Of a stretch of DNA of 50,936 nucleotides, positions 19,276-27,389 are shown one piece after another (within the stretch, counting starts at the first letter, position 1; every line of letters starts with the position of its first letter). A program made the position numbers and the translations under genes. The stretch lies in assembly GCA_964439765.1 (NCBI GenBank), contig CAYTOG010000002.1:1-50936 (forward strand). Direction: 5' to 3'. The stretch comes from an uncultured Methanosarcinales archaeon. GTDB lineage: Archaea; Nanobdellota; Nanobdellia; Woesearchaeales; GW2011-AR9. The notes under the pieces are model-generated. The model was not told the DNA's origin. It was given only the letters and a program-made list of their open reading frames with translations, and made no database searches.

Positions 19276-20270
19276 TTTCTTCTCTTAGTTGTTTTCTTTT
19301 CCTTCTTCGCCTTCAGAGCATGTCCACCAAACTCATTACGTACAGCATTGATTACCTTTCCACGAAAACTTGGCTTTTCTCTTGACTCTGCCCTTTCAAT
19401 TACAGCACCACCTATTGCATGATAATGGACTTTGAGAACTTTCGCTTCATCTAAAGCCCAATTAGCTTCTGCTTTCACTGCCTTCCCTGCTGATTTGCCA
19501 CCTTGTCCTGCAGCTCCAGAAACACCCTCTAGTTTATCACCATGTTTTGTAAATGCTCTTATCATCATTTCCATCAACTTTGATTCAATAATCGAACCAT
19601 GTTGATACACAGAAGAAACTTTCTTCAAATTTGGTTTAAATTTAGACTTCTTTAGTATCTCAAAACCCTCAGCTAAAGATTCCATAACACCATATTCAAT
19701 TCCATTATGAACCATCTTCACATAATGGCCTGCTCCAGCTCCTTCAAAGTGTTCAACACCACAAGGAACACAAATACTTTTGAACAATGGTTGAAGATAA
19801 CTGAACTGTGATTTTTTCCCACCAACCATCATACAAGCACCATGCCTTGCACCATTTGGTCCTCCTGAAACTCCAACATCAACAAAATGTATCCCTTTTT
19901 TACTAAGATATTTTGCCCTTCTTGCAGCATCTTTGTAAATTGAGTTTGATCCATCGATAACTATGTCTCCACGTTTTAAGTAAGGAATAATTTTTTTAAG
20001 TTTTGATTCAGTTATTTCTCCTGCCGGTAGCATTAACCAAATAATTCTTTTAGTTTGTTTTCTTCTTTTGATTGTTGCATTAAGTTTTGTAAAAAGTTCA
20101 TCTAGATTAAACGCATCTATTGCTCCATGACTCTTCGCTTTAAGAATAGGATCTTTAGACCTGTTTGTTACAACAACAGTATGGCCTTTTTTGACCATAT
20201 GGCATGCCATGTTAAGGCCCATTTTTCCAAGCCCAATATATCCTATTACAAATTTTTGTGTTTTTTCCAT
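19272..20270 (-). CDS. gnd: 6-phosphogluconate dehydrogenase, decarboxylating (short YqeC/Gnd-like form)
   Basis: IGLGKMG Rossmann motif, IDGSNS, DVGVSGG, MMVGG and GAGHYVKMVHNGIEYG. Confidence 0.8.
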   Translation of the reverse strand: MEKTQKFVIGYIGLGKMGLNMACHMVKKGHTVVVTNRSKDPILKAKSHGAIDAFNLDELFTKLNATIKRRKQTKRIIWLMLPAGEITESKLKKIIPYLKRGDIVIDGSNSIYKDAARRAKYLSKKGIHFVDVGVSGGPNGARHGACMMVGGKKSQFSYLQPLFKSICVPCGVEHFEGAGAGHYVKMVHNGIEYGVMESLAEGFEILKKSKFKPNLKKVSSVYQHGSIIESKLMEMMIRAFTKHGDKLEGVSGAAGQGGKSAGKAVKAEANWALDEAKVLKVHYHAIGGAVIERAESREKPSFRGKVINAVRNEFGGHALKAKKEKKTTKRRK

Positions 20271-20280
20271 CTTTTTTATA

Positions 20281-21691
20281 TTACCAGATACATTTTTCTT
20301 TACTACACCAATTGCTCAATTCTTTTGGTCCAGTTGATCTTTTTGAATATTTAAACAATGGTGATTGTTTTTTCATCCCTTTTTCAATGATTTTCCACGC
20401 AATTTCTACTTCATCTCCTCTTACAAACACAGATTGGTCACCATCCATTACTTGTTCTAACAGATTTTCATATGCAGCCCGTGTATTTGGACCAAACGTT
20501 AACTCTTCAGAAAATTGGAGTTTAATTGGGACAACTTCCATTTTCAATCCTGGAATTTTATTATTGACAGTCATATAAATTCCTGCTTTAGGAAATATTT
20601 GTATTCGCAAATGATTTGTTTCTCGTGGACAACTATTCAACAAACAAGGAATTCGTTTAAATTTTATGTCAATATATGTCTCCTTTTTTGTTAGAGCTTT
20701 TCCTGTTTTAATGAAAAACGGAACGCCTTTCCATCTCTTAGTATTAATTGTTAGTTTAGCAACAGCAAATGTTTCTGTCGTTGAATCATTTCTCACGCCT
20801 TTTGTTTTTCTATACCCTTTGTATTGGGCACGCAACAGTGATGAGATTTTGGTTTTTTTTAAGAACTGCAACTTTAGAATCCCTTATGTCGTCTCCAACC
20901 AACTGTTTTGGTTGTTCCATTGCAACTAATGTTAGTAGTTGAAGCATGTGGTTTTGCATCACATCTTTTATTTGGCCATGTGAATCAAAGAATCTTGCTC
21001 TCTTTTCAATACCTAATTTTTCATTCATTACAATGTTTACAGATTCAATGTGTTTTGCACACCACAAAGGTTCAAGAATTCTATTTGTAAACCTTGCGAG
21101 TGCGATGTTTCCAACTAACTCTTTTCCAAGGTAATGATCTATTCGGTATATTTGTTCTTCACTGAATGCTTTTTTAATACATTTGTTTATCTTTTTTGCA
21201 GATTCCTGATTTGTCCCAAATGGTTTTTCATAAATTACTTTTACTCTTTCTTTCATCTTTTTAGATGCAAGTTTTCTTTTCGAAAGATTCTTTGTTATTA
21301 TTTTGTAATGCTCTGGGTATGTTGCAAGATAAAATATTCTTTGACTTTCTTGTCTTTGTTTTTTTTCTATTTCTTCAACGGCTTCTTGTAACTGTTCATA
21401 ATCTTCACTTTCAGTGAAATCAATTTGAAGATATCGACTATTTTTGATTAGTTTATTCCAAACTTTTGCTTTTGGTTTTTTAATGAATTTTTTTGCTTCA
21501 TTAAAAATAGAATTAATTGATAACTTTCTTCTAGCGCATGCAATTATTTCACAATGTTTGATCTTTTTATTCTCTATCAATTGATAAATCGCAGGAATCA
21601 ATTTGCGCTTTGCTAAATCTCCACTTGCCCCTAGAATAATGAATGTGGCAGATTTTTTCTGTACCTTATTTTTGAGTTTTGCTGGTGCCAT
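20281..21691 (-). pseudogene. zwf: glucose-6-phosphate dehydrogenase, reading frame split at an A8 homopolymer
   Basis: The N-terminal ORF 20810..21691 has GASGDLAKRKL and RIDHYLGKE. The C-terminal ORF 20281..20871 carries RAQYKGY and the rest of the G6PD C-domain. The total span is 1411 nt (3n+1), and removing one A from the run at 20853-20860 gives a continuous 469-codon frame. Confidence 0.8.
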
Positions 21692-21713
21692 GTATTGGTT
21701 CCTTACTCAATTA

Positions 21714-23033
21714 TTATTTCTTTTGGAGTATTTGTCTTGTCTCAAACTTATATTTCTCTACACTTGGTTGATCAAATGGATCAACATCAAGTAAAAATGC
21801 AAGATAAATCATTTCTATCATCTTCCAGAATAAAAGTTCAGCTATTGCATGTTCATTTCTTTTTGGAATAGTTACTTCCATAAATGGGCGTTTATCTTTC
21901 ATATATGCCTTTGTTGTTCCATTGTAAATAGCATTCATTATTGTTTTTAATTCCTTCCCACCAACATCTTTTATCATTGCATTTACTTCTTCATTTGAAG
22001 GTACTTTGATTTTTGTTTGCTCTTCTATGTTGTAAAAGCAAGTGAATTTATCTCTTGGGCCTCCAAGGTTCAATTGAGCCATTGAATGCAGATCAGTTGA
22101 TCCTACAGCAACTGTTGGAGTAATTCCTACGTGAATCTTCTTTGTGTGCTTCTTATTCCATGTTTTCCCGATACTTTCACTTATAAGCTGCCTATACCAC
22201 TTCCCAAATCCTTCAAGGTAACTTGAAAAGAGGAAGTTATCATTTATATTGCACCCTTTTTTGTTTTGTAAATATATTAATGCTGCACTCATCGCTGCAG
22301 GGTTTTCTTCTAAGTTTTCACTTAAGCATCTCTTTTGCATAGCTTTAGCTCCTGCTTGAATCTTTTTGTTATTGTTTTTTGTGTAAGCAAATGCAAGTAA
22401 TCCTAGAGCTGTTAGAACTGAGTATCTTCCTCCCACTTCATGAGGGATTACGAATTTTTGATAGTTATTTTTTTCTGCGATGTTATATAGTTCAACATCA
22501 TTTTTTGCAGTGCAAAGAATAAATTTATTGTGATCTTTTTTTTTGTATTTTTTTAGGAGAGTTCTGAATAATTCACCATTTACAATGGCTTCTGTTGTTG
22601 TTCCTGACTTTGATACTATGTGAACCAAAATGTTTTTGTTTTGTTTTAATAGGCTCTCTGCGTGTTTTAGCATAGCTGTTGTATAATCTGGATCAATGTT
22701 GTCAAGTATGAATAAATTTCTCTTTGGATTTTCTTCATTGTATAACTTGCCATTCAAGAATTGATGTACTGCTATGTTACCAAGAGATGATCCTCCTTGT
22801 CCAATATGAAAAAGTGCAACTGGATTTAATTTATCTTTTTCTTTAAGTGCTTTATTCACTTTTGTGATAATAGAAGTGTCGTTTGGTAAATGCATTGCTG
22901 CATACTCAGTATCATATTCTTTTTGTATTTCTTTATTTATCTTTTTTATCTCAGGCGTAAGTCTCTTAAGAGTTTTCTCTAGTTCCGTTTTGCTAATTCT
23001 CGCATTAGAATAGCTAAATGTTATTTCTTTCAT
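21714..23033 (-). CDS. pgi: glucose-6-phosphate isomerase
   Basis: SKSGTTTE, GGRYSVLTALGL and the short bacterial-type PGI length (439 aa). Confidence 0.85.
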   Translation of the reverse strand: MKEITFSYSNARISKTELEKTLKRLTPEIKKINKEIQKEYDTEYAAMHLPNDTSIITKVNKALKEKDKLNPVALFHIGQGGSSLGNIAVHQFLNGKLYNEENPKRNLFILDNIDPDYTTAMLKHAESLLKQNKNILVHIVSKSGTTTEAIVNGELFRTLLKKYKKKDHNKFILCTAKNDVELYNIAEKNNYQKFVIPHEVGGRYSVLTALGLLAFAYTKNNNKKIQAGAKAMQKRCLSENLEENPAAMSAALIYLQNKKGCNINDNFLFSSYLEGFGKWYRQLISESIGKTWNKKHTKKIHVGITPTVAVGSTDLHSMAQLNLGGPRDKFTCFYNIEEQTKIKVPSNEEVNAMIKDVGGKELKTIMNAIYNGTTKAYMKDKRPFMEVTIPKRNEHAIAELLFWKMIEMIYLAFLLDVDPFDQPSVEKYKFETRQILQKK

Positions 23034-23851
23034 TTTGTTAGTTTTTCATACTCTGCAATTTTATCTTTAGTAAAGTTCTTCATTCCCTTATATGTCTCTG
23101 GATGTTTTAACATCTCTTGTATGACTGTAAATGGAAGTGTTGCAATGTCTGACCCTACAAGAGCTGCTTCTCTTACTTGTCTTGTGTTTCTAAGGGATGC
23201 TGCTAAAACTTCTGTTTTCAAATTATACTGTTTTAGAATGTGTACACATGACTCAACAAGATCAATACCTGAAACTATCCCATTGTCATGGATTGTTTTA
23301 CCTTTCTTTTCAATTCCCCACACTGGATAATGAGCTGTTTTATCGAATTTGATCTTTGCATTTGTTCTAAGAAAGTCGTCAACGCGTCCAGCAAAAGGGC
23401 TAACAAAACTAGCACCTGCCTTTGCTGCAAGAAGTGCTTGCTCTGGAGTGAAGATAAGTGTACAATTTGTTTTTATCTTCGCTTTAGTTAAGGTTTTAAT
23501 TGCTCTTATTCCATCAAAATGTGTAGAATCGCTTTTTTTAAGAGCAGGATTAATTGGAATTTTTATGTAAACATTTTTTGCTACTTTATTGAATAATTTA
23601 TGAATCGCCTTTCCTTGTTTTACCATTCCTTCATAACCAAGTTCAGTTACTTCCAAAGAAACCGGTGTGCCTTTGGCTACTTTACAAATTTCAGTTATGT
23701 ATTGTTTAAGGTTGATCTTTGCTCCTAGTTTTTTGCGTTTATCTACTGCTTTCTTTAGAAGAGAAGGGTTTGTTGTTACTCCATTTGCTATGCCCCATGC
23801 ATACGCTTGTTTAATTTCATCAATATCAGCACTATCAATAAAGATTTTCAC
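23030..23851 (-). CDS. tal: transaldolase (TalC/FSA-type with insertion)
   Basis: MKIFIDSADIDEI, GVTTNPSL, KIP and SPFAGRVDD motifs. Overlaps the pgi start by 4 nt. Confidence 0.85.
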   Translation of the reverse strand: MKIFIDSADIDEIKQAYAWGIANGVTTNPSLLKKAVDKRKKLGAKINLKQYITEICKVAKGTPVSLEVTELGYEGMVKQGKAIHKLFNKVAKNVYIKIPINPALKKSDSTHFDGIRAIKTLTKAKIKTNCTLIFTPEQALLAAKAGASFVSPFAGRVDDFLRTNAKIKFDKTAHYPVWGIEKKGKTIHDNGIVSGIDLVESCVHILKQYNLKTEVLAASLRNTRQVREAALVGSDIATLPFTVIQEMLKHPETYKGMKNFTKDKIAEYEKLTK

Positions 23852-24001
23852 TTGTAAATCACCTCATCACCTCTTTAGAAGGAGGCAACTTCACTTTATA
23901 TGTCTTGTGGAGACTATGTATTAAAATTTGTGACTAGAAATATGATGTTTTGAGTAAAGTAAGCTTTATAAGATACTATTTTTTAAGTTAGTTGAGTTGT
24001 A

Positions 24002-25267
24002 ATGGTAGATCTTGGTGGTGTAGTTAGAAAATTATTCAGGACTTCTTTTGAAGGTTCAATGCATGTTATTACTGGACCAGTTGGTTCTAAGAAAAATGAA
24101 GCACTTTCTGCTCATCTTGACCCCCTTATTGACAGTGGTCGGATGGCAAAATGGGGTGGCGTTATTGTTTCTCATCCAATGGAAGGAGAACAAGTTACAG
24201 ATCGGCACAAGGCAGACTTAGTTACCTCTTCAGCTCAAGAAGTTTATAGCCTTGTTCTTGAAAGAAATCCAGGAATTGTTGTTATTGCTGGAGCATCACA
24301 ATTTGCTCATTCTGATAGAGATGATGATTTGAGTTCTCTTTGTCGTGAATTGTTTCGTTCTAATCGAAAATTAATATTATCTGGACCGAATTTAGATATT
24401 AATGCAGAACCATATGGTATTATGCCACAATTACTTTCAAGAGCAAGTTCAGTTGAACTAGTCAAGGGAGTATGTCATGTTGGAAAGTATAAACATGCCA
24501 ATAGGAGTATGTACTTTGGTGAAGAATTACGTTCAGTTTGTGCATATCATTTAGAGAATCCTGGTCATGAAGAACCAATAAACCATGGGATGTTACATTT
24601 GTATTTAGGACCAATGTTTTCAGGAAAATCTAGTTCTTGGAGAGCACAACTTTTTAGACTTCGTGAAGAAGGGATTGATCCACTTGTTATTAAGTGGACT
24701 GAAGAGAGATATGCTGCTAAAGTACATGAAGTTGCTTTACACAATGGATTAACTGAAAGGGCACAACCATTCAATAATGTTGATCAAGTTCGTGATTATT
24801 TGAAAAAACACTCAAGAAAAAAAGTTTTATTTTGGGATGAATTACAATTTTTTCCTGGTTGTTATGAATTAATCAAAGAATTGATTCCAAAAGGTTATCG
24901 AATTTATGGAACTGGTTTACCAAGAGATTTTCGTAGAATTGGTTTTAATGATATTCCTAATTTGATGTGTCTAGCTGATGAAATTGAAATTAATGAAGCT
25001 TATTGTGATGAGTGCTCTGATCCTGCCACAGAAAGCCAAAGGGTTGCACGCCGCAGAGGTATTTTTAGAGAAATTGTTACACCCGCAGGATTCCATGGAG
25101 ATTTAGTACTTGCTGGAGGAAGCGAAGATTATCGTCCTACTTGTATCTCCCACCATGATCTTCCAGGTAAGCCGCCTACCCGTTTTCCTATGCCAACATT
25201 TTACTGGGGAAGAAGGAGGATTTTGAATTCAAGAAGTCTTCCAAATCTTTTAAGTCTAGTGAATTAA
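24002..25267 (+). CDS. tandem thymidine kinase: degenerate N-terminal TK-like domain fused to an intact TK domain
   Basis: The C-terminal half (from about 24590) has GPMFSGKSS, WDELQFF, GLPRDFR, CDEC....ATESQR and C..HH. The N-terminal half has the same order of elements but degraded (GPVGSKKN, AGASQF, GPNLDINAEPYG, one Cys/His pair). Confidence 0.7.
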   Translation: MVDLGGVVRKLFRTSFEGSMHVITGPVGSKKNEALSAHLDPLIDSGRMAKWGGVIVSHPMEGEQVTDRHKADLVTSSAQEVYSLVLERNPGIVVIAGASQFAHSDRDDDLSSLCRELFRSNRKLILSGPNLDINAEPYGIMPQLLSRASSVELVKGVCHVGKYKHANRSMYFGEELRSVCAYHLENPGHEEPINHGMLHLYLGPMFSGKSSSWRAQLFRLREEGIDPLVIKWTEERYAAKVHEVALHNGLTERAQPFNNVDQVRDYLKKHSRKKVLFWDELQFFPGCYELIKELIPKGYRIYGTGLPRDFRRIGFNDIPNLMCLADEIEINEAYCDECSDPATESQRVARRRGIFREIVTPAGFHGDLVLAGGSEDYRPTCISHHDLPGKPPTRFPMPTFYWGRRRILNSRSLPNLLSLVN

Positions 25268-25662
25268 ATATATAATAAAGAAAAAATAAAGAAAATAAAA
25301 GAATTACTTGCGCTTTAACGACTTCTTAGCTTCCTCTTTAATAAAGAATGACTCTAGCTTTTGTGATTCAATTTGTGCTTTGTAACTAATTTTCCCCATA
25401 ATTTATTACACCTCTTTTTGCACTCTTTTTTTTTCTTTTATCACTCGATTATATCTTTTAATTTTACTCACTTGATGAAATAAATGAAAGCTTTTCGCTA
25501 TTTAAAGAATTATATTCTCAAAACCGATACCACTTCAATTGTAAACACCAACGTTTTCTTTACTCGTAGTATCTTCCTAGTATCACTTACCAGAGAAACC
25601 CATGTTAGGTGTTAAATTATTGCTTAAAAGTTATAAGATATGAGAGTTATAACTAAGAATAA

Positions 25663-26223
25663 TTATTTTGCCTCTGGGACAATTGCGCTCTCATTACTTG
25701 CTGCAATTTTTTCTCCAGTTGTTGCATCAAGTTTGATATTCAAGAAAGTCAATTTCTTTGTAATAAAAGAGATATTCCACACTACTTTCCCGTCTATATT
25801 CTGCAGAATAGCAAAACCATTTCCCCTTAAGTTTTTTACCTCAGAAAATTCTTCTGCAATTAGTTTTTCTGCATGAGGAATTATTAATGGAAAATCTAAA
25901 GTTTTCTCATCAACAACTAAAGGATATATCTTTGTTGTTTTTGTTGCAAATACATCGTCAGTTGTTTTAATTTCAAACTTTCCAGCATCATTTAGAGTAA
26001 ACACAGTCACTTTGTTTGATTCAGAATCATAATATCCAATATCCCAAGCACTTGTTGCAGCATACTTCTCATTAATTTGTAAAAAGAAATGTGAGGGGGT
26101 ACTTTTTTTGTGGTCTTTATGCCACTGTTTAAATGCTTCACAGCTCTCTAAACTTGCAATAAGCTTTTGTGCAGCAGATTTATTTGTTAATTGTTCATCT
26201 TTCTCATTAGATTTTTCTGTCAT
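25663..26223 (-). CDS. hypothetical protein (186 aa)
   Basis: The ORF-track start at 26346 overlaps the TFS gene, so it was trimmed to the ATG at 26223, one nt after the TFS stop. No motifs recognised. Confidence 0.4.
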   Translation of the reverse strand: MTEKSNEKDEQLTNKSAAQKLIASLESCEAFKQWHKDHKKSTPSHFFLQINEKYAATSAWDIGYYDSESNKVTVFTLNDAGKFEIKTTDDVFATKTTKIYPLVVDEKTLDFPLIIPHAEKLIAEEFSEVKNLRGNGFAILQNIDGKVVWNISFITKKLTFLNIKLDATTGEKIAASNESAIVPEAK

Positions 26224-26224
26224 C

Positions 26225-26548
26225 TTATGAATACTCTCGCCATGTATGACTACATTTTGTGCATTTGAAAAAACGTGTCTCTGGTTCATCCGCTGATCTT
26301 GTTTGTTGCGTCCAAAAATATGCAGCATTGTTCTCACATTTACCACAAATGGTTCGAATCTTTGGAAGAAGTGCCATTTCGTTTACAATTTCTACTTTCT
26401 TTGCAGCTTTTACTTCTTCTTTAATTACTAGTGATCCCTCTGGCTCTTTGGTATAGCCACAACTACAATAAAGAATTTTTTTATTGCCTTTGGCTTTTGG
26501 ACGTAAAATACTACTACATTCTGGACAAAACATTGACATTTTTCTCAC
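26225..26548 (-). CDS. tfs: transcription factor S / RNA polymerase subunit M-type zinc-ribbon protein
   Basis: N-terminal CPEC...CSCG ribbon and the C-terminal TFIIS-type ribbon CGKC....QTRSADEPETRFFKCTKCSHTW. Confidence 0.9.
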   Translation of the reverse strand: MRKMSMFCPECSSILRPKAKGNKKILYCSCGYTKEPEGSLVIKEEVKAAKKVEIVNEMALLPKIRTICGKCENNAAYFWTQQTRSADEPETRFFKCTKCSHTWREYS

Positions 26549-26722
26549 CTAATTTCCTCTTTCGAAGACTATTAATTTTTACTCTTGCTTTAAAAATGTT
26601 GTGAATGTTTTTAGAGATACAGTAAAAGGCATATATATTATATCTCTTAATAATTATTAGTCGAGGCACAATGTTTAAATAGGCATTTCAATTGTAATAT
26701 TAACGGTTTTGAGGAAACAGAG

Positions 26723-27346
26723 ATGGGTTTACAATCATTAAAACAAGAAATACGTGCATTACCAAGCATTGGTTCTGATTTACAGGGTTTTAAGAAACAT
26801 TGGCTTAGTCCTTTACGTAAAGGACAAAAGTGCAATAAAGCGCAACAGGGGCTTCATGAGATGCATCCTGATGACAAATCTAAAATTCATTCCACCCTTA
26901 AAGGATTTTATTCTCAGTTTTCAGAGTTAGAAGGACATACAATACTTCCTGAAAAATTACATGCACTTAGTTCTGCACTTGTTGAAATGAAACTATTAAG
27001 TTTACGTGGCGCAGAAAATGGTGGGAAAATGTCATTTCTCCAAGGAAAAGTTTTAGATGACCCACAGTTTAGTCTTTCAAATACAATAACTGAGATTAAA
27101 TCATTTGATGAAAAGCTTAGTCAAATTGAAACACTTTATCACGACGTTAATGGATATCTTCATCAAACACTTTCATTAGAACATTCTGTTGCTCTTCTTG
27201 AACTACCACATTATGCTTATTTGAAAAATTTGAAAGAAACTGCAAAACATCAAAAACGAATCGTTAAAAAACTTGGGCGTGAATTTGTTTCTCTTCAACG
27301 AAAATTAGAACGTCAGAAAAAAAAGCAACAACGTGCTTCTAATTAA
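26723..27346 (+). CDS. hypothetical protein, basic C-terminus
   Basis: 207-aa ORF in an otherwise empty interval. Helical/charged composition with no family motif. Confidence 0.35.
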   Translation: MGLQSLKQEIRALPSIGSDLQGFKKHWLSPLRKGQKCNKAQQGLHEMHPDDKSKIHSTLKGFYSQFSELEGHTILPEKLHALSSALVEMKLLSLRGAENGGKMSFLQGKVLDDPQFSLSNTITEIKSFDEKLSQIETLYHDVNGYLHQTLSLEHSVALLELPHYAYLKNLKETAKHQKRIVKKLGREFVSLQRKLERQKKKQQRASN

Positions 27347-27389
27347 AAAAAATATTTAAAAAAAATAAAAAAAACAAGATTCTATTCTA

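Noticed and set aside
25268-25662. A 395-bp gap inspected for an RNA gene. Contents noted: a 31-aa minus-strand ORF (25304..25399, MGKISYKAQIESQKLESFFIKEEAKKSLKRK) and a C-box-like TGATGA at 25473-25478.
   Set aside because: No D box (CTGA) sits at an appropriate distance and no convincing stem structure is present. The mini-ORF has no recognisable family or RBS support, so the gap is left unannotated.
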